Of a stretch of 64,000 nucleotides of DNA, positions 11,401-21,054 are shown piece by piece (the first letter of the stretch is position 1; each line of letters begins with the position of its first letter). Under the pieces are notes generated by a model that did no database searches, was not told the origin of the DNA, and saw nothing but the letters and a program-made list of their open reading frames with translations. Source of the DNA: a virus (taxonomy: Duplodnaviria; Caudoviricetes); the IMG/VR virus record IMGVR_UViG_2597490325_000001, positions 32,001-96,000 of that record. The stretch is one strand, 5' to 3'. The position numbers were made by a program, and so were the translations under genes.

Positions 11401-13159
11401 TATTGCAGCAACTTTAGTAGAAGGTTTAGTTAAAGGTATTCTTACTACAGTAGTATCATTAATGGGTAACGTTGTTAACTCAGCAATGAACTTTGTAGGT
11501 GGTCTTGGTGTCGATATCAAGATGATGGCAGCTAGAGCTATCGTTGCTATTAAGAATAAAACTTTCCTACTTTCTGATGAAGAAGCTGAGAAACAGTACA
11601 AAGAACTGGATAAACAAGCGGCTGATGAAAAAGCTGCAATAGTAAGTTCTTCTAACACTATGGAATTCGTTAATGGCCTAACGAAAAGCATAGCTAGCTT
11701 TAGTGTTGCAGATAAAATACCTACTGGTATTGAATCTTCTTCAGTAATGCAAGAAAAACTTAATTATGAAAAATCCATGAAGGAATCTAATGGAGATAAA
11801 GCGAAAGCTAAAGATGCATTCATTAAATCTTATACTTCTGGTGGTAAATCTGCTAAAGAAGGTGAAGATGCATGGGCGTATCAGGAGCGTGCTCAAAATA
11901 TCAGAAATGGTACTGATGACGGCGTTAATACTCCAGAATATAAAGGATTCCAAGGAAGTATTTCTGAAGCCATAACTAAAGCTGCGAACGAAGAAGGTGT
12001 TCCAGTAGGCTTGATGATGACTATGGCCAAAATCGAGTCTAATGGTAATCCAAAAGCAATGTCTCCTGGGAATGGTACCTTTAAAGGCCTCTACCAGATG
12101 GGGCCGGATGCTTGGAAGGAAAACTCTCCAAACGTCAATGGTGACATCTTTGACCCTTATCTTAACTCTGTTGCTGCTGCTAGATTTATTAAGAAAAATA
12201 TCAATTACATGAAGTCCAAAGGGGTTCCAATTGATAATACTTCTGTTTATCTGGCTCACCAGCAAGGGCCAGGTGGTATAGTTAAGATTTATAATGCAGC
12301 TAAGAATGGTACTCCTCTTGATCAAACTACTATTCGTAATATGACAAATAACCGTCCACAGGATGGTAATAAGTCAGCTACATCTGACCCTAATGAGTTC
12401 TTACGTCGTTGGGCAGTTGCAGTTAAAAATAAAGGCGGTGGCGATAGCGGTGATTTAACTGATTCTCTACCAGCATTTAATGCTAATAGTGGTATAACTC
12501 AAGGTACTGCAAGTGCTATTTCCGGTATAAACAATGCTACAACTACGGCTACTGGTAGCTCAGGATTTGACCCTTCAGCACTCTTAATGGGTATGAGTAA
12601 AGGTCTAAACCCTAACTTAGTTTCTAGTACAGTAGAAGTTGAAACTGGTAATGGGCGTCCAAATGTAGGTAGTAATCCTAATAGACCAACTGCTCAAGTA
12701 GCAATGAAGTCTTCTATGAATGCTATGCCTACAACTGGTAGCGGTAATGTAACTGCAGGTGCTGCTACAGCTACGGCAAGTCCTTCTGTTACTTCTCAGG
12801 AAGTAGTTAAAGCTCAAGCTGTAAATAATGCTATAGTAACAGCTGATACAGCTAAATATTCTCAGATTAAAGACAATATCAATAATGCTGAAGCGAACTC
12901 CGTTCTAGCTAAATTGCTTGAGAAAACTAACGAAATTCTCACTGGTATTAAATCTGATACTGGCGTTGTCGCTGAAAATACTAAGCACGATGAAGTTACT
13001 GAGAGTATCCGTTATAGCAACCAGTCTTCTAATAAAACAGCTTCTCGTTCAGGTCAGGATGAACGTGTAGGCAGTAACAGAAGATTCTTTGAGAATGGCT
13101 TAGGCGACCTTTACCCAAGTGAAGGAGCTAAAAGAATTGCTCAAGGTGGTGCAAGTTAA
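5498..13159 (+). CDS. Tape measure protein with C-terminal lytic transglycosylase domain
   Basis: 2553 aa, Ala/Gly/Lys-rich amphipathic repeats, glycine-zipper segment, SLT motifs KIESNGNP, GLYQM and YLAHQQGPG at about 11960-12420. Confidence 0.85.
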   Translation: MAYLKGLATSLAKRVIPDVGNKIFGDELNTYKEIKDKVFTSREILRETQSNIKTTIQSFEGFSKVGRNLGRQVRSGKFGLTQDERDDIDMKAMGFDFDMDSLGDSLDNALEQDGNENSSGSSKASKNIIIPMMGKSSRGRNGGLDAGSALISERLAYITGIQAQIGQTQITLLQGLGSQLAGIGNFLSEQTVSHYQGTLEYQKLMSDNLSLSREVNDLMKEKLMAEKKAAEKKMATGSGIGWEGFDPTRIAKDINEGPLGMLFGEMSPLRGFFQQVSVDPLGTIMALGLAHGAGSLFGGAIDKAKGAFKTAGVRLQSTLEKWSATYDDSFTGMFKSWIGDTLRAKRESATVAKLGAYDKGAAQFDGTTRKAIVDVIPMYLAKILKAISGNSTHEVYDYNKGAFITSKAGAAEHVKNVKELRRGEFLGGISNELTGLRGDPSVSKSDFGKIRASMIRSASSLNSHEIKLDQVKMRDARLQETYDKYIKSLDEKSKASLYHSFQSHKYDVAAKLKDYQNSMYDENKGVETSAILEGVNPRILGYDAVEKANKRTKLDENERKKLKDRIKDSVKKKLNGIKDRRRGGGNPPPSGGAGDSGNSGGSDGDDDAAGDSWFKRWLGKFSGGKGFSLTSFTEGLVGTLTIGMNKLSRGFNRHILFPMKKALLGKDADTRTIARTPFIAAVGTKFDKTVLFPLKKVLLGGNEKQAESMNIFGAIQKSFDRNIVFPFKRTLLGKDTDVRTILKTSFIKSLGIRIDKSVLTPFKTMLLGGNKVKAEKVTFVTALKDTFKKNVVLPMKLALLGKDTDLKTLLKTPFTKAIGQRFEQSILNPLKGLLLGKHSTTNGGSVDPTKTGFFKALGLSFDRNIGRPIKTMLFGQGNRNKSFFKNIGETLSPFFNKLLFGSEKAEKAGFMANLKDFGSNVFKGFSDKFIKPIKDAFSDFFGKTMQDFIGTLRDSAKDFLGSLNINIGKGFKEGAKGFFKTVFGDETVKILRDNIVTPLNDVTKKLTSSIGMIAKLLLRVPANFIKGITNTLKLNRVKSGKGNYSDEEKARLLDMEKKGSLFNFLDVGNEESNKKISSLKNKVTGFLNRGKKATDGSSSANANVETLDTNSANAKGKTESISDRARNLFNRKGKASSVDGSNNPNTDADGNIISASSTNGKKGTKTGFIDGLRNRVSGKNSNSVDENGNPVEGGKSRFGIIERLPSRDKVGSLFGRGKGQNSEDSVQGSTKTKAGTLTGIPVGSGAKLGGIVGHLNAPKLASRVDTISKMSELTSASSAATAKSNMDILNFLKHHLSNTTQKLTKIVNAVAKGKTVSKISGEDKESVSFFRNPLKWAMRTSMKVLGFPLSMMKGMFSVGSKMVKGLMEVPKKIIGITVDLGTKLASMTLNVAASLTKGIFKAVDFVAQGIGKTIETIGKAVNSIVRSITSLIATSIDIAAKAAASLARGVLNATKAIGRGLLPAFEGLTAMVGRLGKGLFELGTLVIDGFVKSIKGTMKLAGRMASGLMGKVFGRDRKLSASFSSITNFKDLILATKKRPMHVYIEDGKVATYEYKPPTSTFFKDKVEDRSLLNSKRDKAKEKDNTSIFGKIANALGSLFSGGLLAKGLGALTGILKGGGIFGKILLAITVMSKGLMSLIGTIAKNVATLVFGRKAGDLIDNLPGRRGRGKLGRAGKAGNIADRYTAAKAEKQAIKDRASKAADKLANARNAVAEKQASAKTSGNKIAEKLANARKTVAEGGSLSRSGAGAAEGAANAAKSGGGMFSRAINGAKGFFTKAGERLATGGGIGGAVKGFGGRLLKGGWKGFGISAIGGGLADTFFDKGTAGNDVMGTGASYAGWGATIGSVIPGVGTAVGAIIGGLVGAVKGAIPHLIETFKKPIIGMTDYFAEIPDRISQYAQELPNKISGLVGKIPEMINGWFLGDAEETPKIDEKTGQVIQKKPGIMGSLFSSIGSAVMSVAKALPRIAATLVEGLVKGILTTVVSLMGNVVNSAMNFVGGLGVDIKMMAARAIVAIKNKTFLLSDEEAEKQYKELDKQAADEKAAIVSSSNTMEFVNGLTKSIASFSVADKIPTGIESSSVMQEKLNYEKSMKESNGDKAKAKDAFIKSYTSGGKSAKEGEDAWAYQERAQNIRNGTDDGVNTPEYKGFQGSISEAITKAANEEGVPVGLMMTMAKIESNGNPKAMSPGNGTFKGLYQMGPDAWKENSPNVNGDIFDPYLNSVAAARFIKKNINYMKSKGVPIDNTSVYLAHQQGPGGIVKIYNAAKNGTPLDQTTIRNMTNNRPQDGNKSATSDPNEFLRRWAVAVKNKGGGDSGDLTDSLPAFNANSGITQGTASAISGINNATTTATGSSGFDPSALLMGMSKGLNPNLVSSTVEVETGNGRPNVGSNPNRPTAQVAMKSSMNAMPTTGSGNVTAGAATATASPSVTSQEVVKAQAVNNAIVTADTAKYSQIKDNINNAEANSVLAKLLEKTNEILTGIKSDTGVVAENTKHDEVTESIRYSNQSSNKTASRSGQDERVGSNRRFFENGLGDLYPSEGAKRIAQGGAS

Positions 13160-13242
13160 TAGTTATTAACACTTAAATAGTATATCCCCTGTAGGTTATT
13201 TCCTACAGGGGATTCTTTTTTATGATCTTCAAGGAGAAAATC

Positions 13243-13602
13243 ATGGGTGATATTTCAACTCACTTTAATAGAAAAGAATTTGCATGTAAATGTGGATGTG
13301 GTTTTAATGCCGTAGACAAAGAGCTATTAGAAGTAATTGAAGATGTTCGTACTCACTTCGGGAAACCATTGATTATTAATTCAGCTAATCGTTGTGAAAG
13401 CCATAATGCTAAAGAAGGCGGTTCTAAGAACAGCCAACATCTTAAAGGTATGGCAGCGGATATTCGCATTAATGGCGTAACTCCTAATTCAGTAGCGACC
13501 TATTTACTTAATAAATATCCTAATAAATATGGTATCGGTATGTATAATACTTTTACTCATATTGATGTAAGAACTGTTAAGTCTAGATGGGATTATCGTT
13601 AA
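13243..13602 (+). CDS. Peptidase M15A family endolysin-like protein
   Basis: HFNRKEFACKCGCG, INSANRC..HN, SQHLKGMAADI and FTHIDVR; AAGGAG RBS favours the ATG at 13243. Confidence 0.88.
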   Translation: MGDISTHFNRKEFACKCGCGFNAVDKELLEVIEDVRTHFGKPLIINSANRCESHNAKEGGSKNSQHLKGMAADIRINGVTPNSVATYLLNKYPNKYGIGMYNTFTHIDVRTVKSRWDYR

Positions 13603-13612
13603 GAGGTAGTAA

Positions 13613-14986
13613 ATGGAAATCATCAACACAGCGATGAACGCATTAAATACTGCTACGTCATTTGTATCAGGTGTTTCAAACTCCAATACTGGTAAAAGTT
13701 TTGCGGTTGGTGATAACCCTTACTCAAATCTTTACAATGACTCTGCAGGATTTATTTTTGGTAAGCCTTTAGCATTTAATCCTAAAGCTGACCCAAACCA
13801 AAGAGTATTCCAAAGAACCCTCTTAAGAAATGATACTATTGTAAACTTTGTTCCGGGCGTACCATATACAAACCAAAGTATGGTGGATCAGGCTAATACA
13901 ATACTAACTGCACATAGAGAGAAATTAGATATTCTTCTAAACTCTCCGGTTCCTGATGAGAGAGCCATAGCTAATCTTTGTCAAGATACTCAAGATGCTT
14001 TATTATCTCAGCAGTGTGATTTACGTTATTACACTTTTAAACAAGATGTAGCAGGTTTCTTAAGAGCCTTACAGATAATGGTTAACCGAGTAGGCACCTC
14101 TGTATTCGGCTGGAATCAAGGTGTTTCTGGATTCGTATCTGACTTAGTAGCATCTAATGTATCTGAAGATATGATGCTACGTGGATTTAAAGTATGGGTT
14201 GATAAAGCTACCTCTATCTCTGAATCAGTAGATAACAGTTTTACTCAGTCGGTATTAGAAAGTACTCAAAAGAGTATATCTAGTGCAGTTAAACAAGCTA
14301 GATTCTTAGGTGGTGCTGCTAATATAGCTGGCATGAATGCTGAATCAGTAGTCAAATCTTCTGATGCAAATCTTGAAGCAGTTGGTAATATGAACGAATT
14401 AGCAAGCCGTACATTAGCTGGTTCTTCCTTCCAATTCCCCCAAGTATTTGATGATAGTAAATTCTCCAGAAGCTATGAGCTATACTTCAGATTTATGTCA
14501 CCATATGGTGATGATAGAAGTGTATTCTATCATGTATTATTTCCATTCTTAGCAATGCTAACTGCAGCATTACCTAGACAAGATAATATCTCCGGCTATA
14601 CCTCTCCATTCATTATGCAAGTCGATGCTCCCGGATACTTTAGTTGTCCTATGGGTGTAGTAACAGCACTGTCTTTCATCAAAGGCGGCGATGAGAAGTT
14701 ATTCAATAATAGAGGTTTACCGTTAATTATTGAAGGTACATTATCTATTCAAGATTTGTACTCTAACTTAAGCCTACCTTTAAGTTTTGATCAGTTTGCT
14801 ACAAACTTAGGTACTTCCGCTTTCCTTAGTAATATGGGTGGTATGAGCCTTTATTCAGTTATGGATGTTAGTGCAAGAAACTATGTACAGAACTGGTCTA
14901 AAGATACATTGACTAAATTCATTCAACCATATAACTGGATGAATGAAGAATCCCTTAAAGTTCGTCGTTATTTCGGTCTTTATTAA
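13613..14986 (+). CDS. Probable baseplate or tail-tube-like structural protein
   Basis: 457 aa in the tail module after the tape measure; beta-rich C-terminus (FPQVFDDSKFSRSY..YTSPF); function inferred from context. Confidence 0.5.
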   Translation: MEIINTAMNALNTATSFVSGVSNSNTGKSFAVGDNPYSNLYNDSAGFIFGKPLAFNPKADPNQRVFQRTLLRNDTIVNFVPGVPYTNQSMVDQANTILTAHREKLDILLNSPVPDERAIANLCQDTQDALLSQQCDLRYYTFKQDVAGFLRALQIMVNRVGTSVFGWNQGVSGFVSDLVASNVSEDMMLRGFKVWVDKATSISESVDNSFTQSVLESTQKSISSAVKQARFLGGAANIAGMNAESVVKSSDANLEAVGNMNELASRTLAGSSFQFPQVFDDSKFSRSYELYFRFMSPYGDDRSVFYHVLFPFLAMLTAALPRQDNISGYTSPFIMQVDAPGYFSCPMGVVTALSFIKGGDEKLFNNRGLPLIIEGTLSIQDLYSNLSLPLSFDQFATNLGTSAFLSNMGGMSLYSVMDVSARNYVQNWSKDTLTKFIQPYNWMNEESLKVRRYFGLY

Positions 14987-15028
14987 CATTAAAATAGTGA
15001 ATTTTTTATTAAATAAAGGATCTTTTTA

Positions 15029-15565
15029 ATGTTTGAACCTACTGAGCTAATGACAGATCTTGCAAGCACTCTAATGGAAGAACTCGATCTTACTGATAAA
15101 GATTCTGATATCATTGAATCCGAATATGAAAAATATATGGATTTAGATAGCTATCAGAAGATTGAGTTTACCTATTATGGTACTCCAAAAGCACAAGCTA
15201 GGGCAAGGATTACTAGTAATTTTACTCACTTCTTTGACCCTGATAAATCGTTTAAACAGTTTGTAAATGAGCAGGTTAGATTTGCTATCGGAAATGATTT
15301 TAAACCTATCAGTAAAGAAATTTACTTTACTGCTCGTTTCTACAGACAAACCCCTAAAAAATTACGTAAGAAAGATATAGTTCTTGCAGAATTAGGTATT
15401 ATTCGTCCAACTACTAAACCGGACTTGGACAACTATGAGAAATTGTTTTATGATGCATTAAATGGATTCTTATATACAGATGATGGTGTAATTATTCATG
15501 GTAATCATTCCAAATTCTTTAGTTGCAAGCCTAGAGTAGAAGTTACTATCCTATATAGGAAATAA
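15029..15565 (+). CDS. rusA: RusA-like Holliday junction resolvase
   Basis: PKAQARAR, KPDLDNYEKLFYDALNG..DD and PRVEV match the RusA catalytic pattern. Confidence 0.88.
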   Translation: MFEPTELMTDLASTLMEELDLTDKDSDIIESEYEKYMDLDSYQKIEFTYYGTPKAQARARITSNFTHFFDPDKSFKQFVNEQVRFAIGNDFKPISKEIYFTARFYRQTPKKLRKKDIVLAELGIIRPTTKPDLDNYEKLFYDALNGFLYTDDGVIIHGNHSKFFSCKPRVEVTILYRK

Positions 15566-15566
15566 C

Positions 15567-16997
15567 ATGGCTGATGTATTCATAAAGAATATACCTTTAA
15601 CTTTCCTGAAGGAACAAGGAAGTTCCTTTTTTGAAAGCGATAGGTATAAAAATGCAGTAAATCTTTTCAATAAAATTAAAGAATCTTCATCATCTGAGCC
15701 AGGTGATGAAGAACCTACTTCGATTTTACCTTTTAGCTACATGGAAGATGTATTAGTTAAAAGATTTAATGATGAAGAAATTACAGATATTACTATGGAA
15801 GATCAACAAAACCGAGTAATAGCTGTACTTTATGGAATTTATGATACTAAACCTATCGAAACAGTTCCTAAAATCAATATAACGAAATGTACTTCTTCTC
15901 TTCCAGATATGTCTTATTATCTAGAACCATATTATGGTCAAGAGATACTTAAAAGAGCTAGAAATACATATAATGGGTTAACTCATAATGATATTTCAGT
16001 AGATAGTTCTCTACTCCCTCCTGAAAAAACAAATGATCCTGTTAAAGATGTTGCTACCAAATCTACTTATTATGATGGAATTCTCCATCCAGATATGTAC
16101 GATGATAAAAAGTATACTCAGTATATTCTGTCATCAATAGCTGGAGGTACTAATATTTCTATAAGTAGTGGTGATACTATAGACCTTTATAGAAATAAAG
16201 TATATAATAAGTATTATTTTAATGACAATGTTTTACTTGCATCCATAGAAGATTTAAAAACTAGACTCGTAGATAAGTTTTTAGTGGCTATAGGTAAATC
16301 AACTTATATTAGTAATGAGGAAGTTGCATATTCCCATTCTACGTTCCAAGCAGATGTTACGAATAATATAAAACGATTATTCAGTAGAAAGACTCTTCCA
16401 GGAAGATTAAGTACATACTTCTTTGAACAAAATGAGTTGTTAGCTAAATGGGAAATATCTCATGGATTAGGAATTTCTAATTATAGATTATTTGTATATG
16501 AAAGAACTAGTTCAGGGTATACGTATTTAAATGAGTTTACGACTTCAAATAAAACATCTGAAAGTTTTGATATAACCTTTAATGTTGCCAAAGAAGGTTT
16601 AGCTGTATTGGTATTCGATACATATAGTGAAACTAATATCAATTCTATAAACTTTAGACAATATATTGATATAACTAATGGCGACCTTGATAGCACTAGT
16701 TATTATAAATATGAAAATGGTATTCATAAATATTATATTGATGGAATATCTGTAAGACTTTGTGGATTTGAAATTTATGATATTTCAAATAATCTTCTAA
16801 AGAATGATGAATTCACATTACAAATAATTCCAGATACTGATGAATTATGGATTACTACTGATAAAGTGCTTAGTGATACATCATTAATTTACTTACATGG
16901 TGCCAAAAATTGTACTGGTTCGAATACAATTAAAGTAGATAGTATTGAAGATATCTATTCTGTACAAGAAATAATTAACCGTTATAAGGTGGTATAA
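15567..16997 (+). CDS. Hypothetical, probable virion protein
   Basis: 476-aa ORF in a late operon. Confidence 0.65.
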   Translation: MADVFIKNIPLTFLKEQGSSFFESDRYKNAVNLFNKIKESSSSEPGDEEPTSILPFSYMEDVLVKRFNDEEITDITMEDQQNRVIAVLYGIYDTKPIETVPKINITKCTSSLPDMSYYLEPYYGQEILKRARNTYNGLTHNDISVDSSLLPPEKTNDPVKDVATKSTYYDGILHPDMYDDKKYTQYILSSIAGGTNISISSGDTIDLYRNKVYNKYYFNDNVLLASIEDLKTRLVDKFLVAIGKSTYISNEEVAYSHSTFQADVTNNIKRLFSRKTLPGRLSTYFFEQNELLAKWEISHGLGISNYRLFVYERTSSGYTYLNEFTTSNKTSESFDITFNVAKEGLAVLVFDTYSETNINSINFRQYIDITNGDLDSTSYYKYENGIHKYYIDGISVRLCGFEIYDISNNLLKNDEFTLQIIPDTDELWITTDKVLSDTSLIYLHGAKNCTGSNTIKVDSIEDIYSVQEIINRYKVV

Positions 16998-17257
16998 TGG
17001 AAAGTACTGAAAGGCTATCGTATCTAGATAACCGACAACTAAATGAATCGGTTAAACGAATTGTTACAACTGCTGTAGAAAATTATGTAAAAGTACAGCA
17101 AAGTAATGCTGATTCAAATAGTAATGTAACTGATAGGGCTATTGAGGCTTTAAAAAATCAATTATTCTTAAAATTTACTGGAATAGACTATGAACTCCTT
17201 TTCCAATCAGTTTATTTAGATAGAAAATTGAATGGAGGTTTTACTATTTATGAGTAA
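16997..17257 (+). CDS. Hypothetical protein
   Basis: 86-aa ORF with TAATG coupling to the upstream gene. Confidence 0.65.
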   Translation: MESTERLSYLDNRQLNESVKRIVTTAVENYVKVQQSNADSNSNVTDRAIEALKNQLFLKFTGIDYELLFQSVYLDRKLNGGFTIYE

Positions 17258-18344
17258 GCCATGTAGTCTTAACTGTTATGGAAATACTAAAGAGGATGTG
17301 GTAAATTCATTAAAAGAAAATCTACCAATGAATCTTTTAAATTTCCTATTAGGTCTATTAAATTGCGCCAATAATAACACATTAAAAAATGCCTTTGGTA
17401 ATTGGAACGGCTTAAATATCTTTGCTATGCAAAAGTTAGTAGATGATATTAATGATGTTAATAACGGTGGTGGTAGGTATGATATATCAGATTATAATAA
17501 TATCCCTGACAATATTTACAATAATCTGATAAATGATTATAATGATCTTCTGTGTAGAGGTCAAGGTGGCGGTCTTATTGATATAGATGATAAATATAAT
17601 GGTAATGGTGACGGTAGTTATGTTAGACCTCTCTTCCCAGATGGTCTAACTGATGCCGACAAAGACCTTATAATTGATCATTTAAATAATAATAACAATG
17701 GTAATGATAATATTAATAATGGTGAAAATAACTTAGTTATCGTTCCCCCTGATTATACAGATGGGAGCGGTACAGGTTCAGGTTCAACTAATGATGATAT
17801 TTTTGGTGAGTCAGGCAATCCTATTTATAATATACCTAATTATGAATTCGATAATGGTATAGATATAAATAAAAGTGTATTTAAATGCTTTGAACCAGTT
17901 TTTAAACTAGATAACTACATCTATTCTAATTCAGAAAAACTATTCATAACTCCTACTAAAGTAGCCAATATCAAGCGCGTTCACAATGAAATTTTACTAC
18001 CTTTATATAATTTCTACTATGGTAATACGACAGCCCCTTCCTGTCAGATTAAAGTGTTCTTTGGTATAGGAAGTCGCTCAGAAATTAACAGCGTAGCTGC
18101 AGGTAGTAGCTTTAGCCGTCATAGTAGAGGTGAAGCAGTTGACTTTACAATGGTTGGTATAGATTATAAGAAATTTCTTAGTGATTTGAAGAGTGGTTCA
18201 TTAAATCTTAATTTCGGTATTCTTATTCCAAGTAACGGAATACATATGACTTTACCTTATACTTATGAGGGTTATACTATACAGAATACTGTAATAAACT
18301 CCCCAAGTAAATCTGCTAATAGTCTTTCAATAGAATACCTATAA
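17250..18344 (+). CDS. Probable virion protein with C-terminal peptidase M15-like domain
   Basis: SRHSRGEAVDF..IHM resembles the SxHxxGxAxD..xH zinc-binding pattern; Asn-rich N-terminus; GGAGG RBS favours the ATG at 17250. Confidence 0.55.
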   Translation: MSKPCSLNCYGNTKEDVVNSLKENLPMNLLNFLLGLLNCANNNTLKNAFGNWNGLNIFAMQKLVDDINDVNNGGGRYDISDYNNIPDNIYNNLINDYNDLLCRGQGGGLIDIDDKYNGNGDGSYVRPLFPDGLTDADKDLIIDHLNNNNNGNDNINNGENNLVIVPPDYTDGSGTGSGSTNDDIFGESGNPIYNIPNYEFDNGIDINKSVFKCFEPVFKLDNYIYSNSEKLFITPTKVANIKRVHNEILLPLYNFYYGNTTAPSCQIKVFFGIGSRSEINSVAAGSSFSRHSRGEAVDFTMVGIDYKKFLSDLKSGSLNLNFGILIPSNGIHMTLPYTYEGYTIQNTVINSPSKSANSLSIEYL

Positions 18345-18399
18345 AAAATAACTAGTTGAACCTCTTTTTAGAAATCAATTCACCTCAGAAGGTCTTACA

Positions 18400-19002
18400 A
18401 TGTTGGACGAAAGCTTACTTGAGAGTGAAGATAATAAAAAGCTTTCCGAACAGATCCTACTGTTTAGAAAAACCTTATCTTCTCTCATCAACAGAGATAA
18501 CTTAGTAGTAATTATTCGTGAATTAGTAGAAGAATCACCATACCTTTCTTTCACTTCTAAACGAGCAGCTAAATTTATTGATAAGATCAGACCATCTGTG
18601 TCTGTAAACTTTGATCTAGAATTAGCTGAGAAAAATTTTCCTAAGAAGGTTTTTCGATTGGCAGGAAAAGAGACTCTTCTAAAAGAAGTTCTTACTAACC
18701 GTCAGCGTTTAATTCACGATGAAATAGCCTTCCCTCTTTCCAGAGCATTAGGTGTAATCCTAGCCCGTGTGTCTAAAAAGAAAGAAGCTGAAGAAGAAAG
18801 ATACATCCAAATTGCAGATCGTCTTATTGAAGGTCTGGATATGGAAGGTATTGAGAATCGTATTTCAGATGTAATCAAAGAAGATCCAGAAATGGGAGAT
18901 CTAATGTTCTCCTTCATGAATCTTTCGGCATGTATGTTCCCTACTTACGAGGGTGCAGATGTTGATGAAGATCTAGAAGTATTATTCTCTTATATGATTT
19001 AA
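18400..19002 (+). CDS. Hypothetical protein
   Basis: 200-aa ORF, late promoter variant at 18359, terminator downstream. Confidence 0.7.
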   Translation: MLDESLLESEDNKKLSEQILLFRKTLSSLINRDNLVVIIRELVEESPYLSFTSKRAAKFIDKIRPSVSVNFDLELAEKNFPKKVFRLAGKETLLKEVLTNRQRLIHDEIAFPLSRALGVILARVSKKKEAEEERYIQIADRLIEGLDMEGIENRISDVIKEDPEMGDLMFSFMNLSACMFPTYEGADVDEDLEVLFSYMI

Positions 19003-19123
19003 TTTTTCCCCTATAGTCTATCAAGGCTATAGGGGAATTTTAACTTTCTCATCAAGGATATATTATCTTTGTGATCAAATGTGAGGGCGGTCGGGTAGGT
19101 AAATTTTTTTAAAGGGCTTTTTA

Positions 19124-19738
19124 ATGAAACAAAGTATACTTAATGTAATTGAAAAATCACCATCACTTTTTTTAATGTCTATTGAAGATTTAATGAATAT
19201 CGAAATTAGCTCTAGTGAATTAAATATAATTAGGAGAGCTTTATTGAATATTCATGTTAGCGAAAGAGAACTTCTTTCGGTAAGTACAAATTTGGTAACT
19301 GAAAAGCTTATTGAAGTTATAAAGAACTATGATAGTCATTTTTATACTGAAACCATTATATTTATTTCTATCGGATTAACTATGTTACACTCCCTAAAGT
19401 ATAATGATTTCTTATTATCCTTGGCAGTATCATACTCTAAAGTTACGAATGACCGTATAAAACCAAAAAAGGTTACTAACCTTATAAAAGAATTTGCACC
19501 TGCGGAGTTATTCCTTTCATTTACAAGAGACATTAAGTTGTCTCCTAGCCAAAGAAGTATACTAGGATTTATTCATAATAATATGCTTTTTAGAGTTTCG
19601 CAATCAGAAATGTCTTATATAGCTTCCCTACCAGATATTAATAATCTTTTGAACACTCGAATTAGTAAACTCACTAAAATTATTCCATTAGAAGATATAC
19701 TTAAAATTCAAAACGAGGTAAAAAACAATGCAAACTAA
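19124..19738 (+). CDS. Hypothetical early protein
   Basis: 204-aa ORF after early promoter 19058. Confidence 0.7.
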   Translation: MKQSILNVIEKSPSLFLMSIEDLMNIEISSSELNIIRRALLNIHVSERELLSVSTNLVTEKLIEVIKNYDSHFYTETIIFISIGLTMLHSLKYNDFLLSLAVSYSKVTNDRIKPKKVTNLIKEFAPAELFLSFTRDIKLSPSQRSILGFIHNNMLFRVSQSEMSYIASLPDINNLLNTRISKLTKIIPLEDILKIQNEVKNNAN

Positions 19739-20423
19739 TAAATATACTGCTTTGTGTGAAGGTCTTTCCCTCCCACCAAAAGTATTTAAAACACTATATA
19801 ATACCGAAGAAATTGAAGCAGTATTATCTCTCTTTGATAGAGTAGGATATGATGAGGAAGGTAATATTGGTTATGATGAAGATGATTTTACTGATTTAGA
19901 ATTAGATATCTTAAATGGTATAAGAGCTAAAGAGAATCAATTTGGTATAGTGGCTAATATGATTGAGGCTACCATTACTTGCTTCTTAGGTATTATGATG
20001 ACTGATAAAGATTTCATTAAAAATCTAGCCGAAGTCATTGAACCCGCTTTAATTGATACCGACAAACGTTCTGTTAAACAGATCTCTACTAGTATTGATA
20101 GGTTATTTACATTATTCTCTTTCAGAGAATTAACTATGTCTCCGCCATCATATTCTAAAGTGCTAAGTAATATTGGTAGTGATATGGATACTGTAAAAAT
20201 ATTAGATATCATTAATCATATGGAATTAGCTTTAGGTGAAGATATCCACGATATTATGAATTCTTTTGCTGGATTTACTTTATTCATTGAAACGGTTATT
20301 CCAGAAGCTATAATTGATCCAGTTACAAATCATGGCATTTTCCGTTCAGAACTCTTAGATGAAGTTGATGTTGAAGAGATTATGGGTGCTGATGATTCCT
20401 CTTCAGGTGAAACAATTCATTAA
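19728..20423 (+). CDS. Hypothetical acidic protein
   Basis: 231-aa ORF, GAGG RBS. Confidence 0.7.
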   Translation: MQTNKYTALCEGLSLPPKVFKTLYNTEEIEAVLSLFDRVGYDEEGNIGYDEDDFTDLELDILNGIRAKENQFGIVANMIEATITCFLGIMMTDKDFIKNLAEVIEPALIDTDKRSVKQISTSIDRLFTLFSFRELTMSPPSYSKVLSNIGSDMDTVKILDIINHMELALGEDIHDIMNSFAGFTLFIETVIPEAIIDPVTNHGIFRSELLDEVDVEEIMGADDSSSGETIH

Positions 20424-20511
20424 AAAATATAACTTCCCTATCATTGATATATTATTTTAATGTGAAATTTTGTGGAGGTAGGGTAGGTTAATTTTTTATA
20501 AGGAAGAGCCA

Positions 20512-21009
20512 ATGGCATTCACTACTAACATGTATAAAGTTAAATTTTTTAAGAAAGATTTAGCTTATCAAAAAGAAATAATCTATCACACTTATTATCC
20601 TTTCCGTGATGAGACTTTAAATCCTTATCCTGTTTGGTTGGTAGACTATTTTGCTTTTTATGGGTTATTCTATTATTTAAATATAGTGATTAATCCAAAA
20701 GATTTAATGCGTATCCATAATACAGAAATTGAATTTCATCTGATAAATTCTTTCAAAGAAGTTCCTGCTTTTGTAAGTAGTAATTTTCATTCTAAAGATG
20801 TGGATTATATTAGAGACTCAATAATTTCTTTATTGCATCATTATAAAATAAAATTTGTAATGATTGCACTTGATAAGAATATACCTCTTCCTTCAGCAGT
20901 AATTCATCATTGTGTGAATATGGAAGAGACAATTCGTAAATCCGGTGTAGAAGCATTTATTCCCCATCCAAAATTTAATCTATTTAGACTTTATGATAGA
21001 TTGATGTAA
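20512..21009 (+). CDS. Hypothetical early protein
   Basis: 165-aa ORF after early promoter 20447. Confidence 0.7.
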   Translation: MAFTTNMYKVKFFKKDLAYQKEIIYHTYYPFRDETLNPYPVWLVDYFAFYGLFYYLNIVINPKDLMRIHNTEIEFHLINSFKEVPAFVSSNFHSKDVDYIRDSIISLLHHYKIKFVMIALDKNIPLPSAVIHHCVNMEETIRKSGVEAFIPHPKFNLFRLYDRLM

Positions 21010-21054
21010 TAAAACCCCTATATCCCCTTTTGAGGGATATAGGGTATTTTTTTT

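Noticed and set aside
6006-12817. Many antisense ORFs within the tape measure gene (also within the capsid, RNAP and intron ORFs)
   Set aside because: Expected shadow frames from codon bias, with no motifs or expression signals
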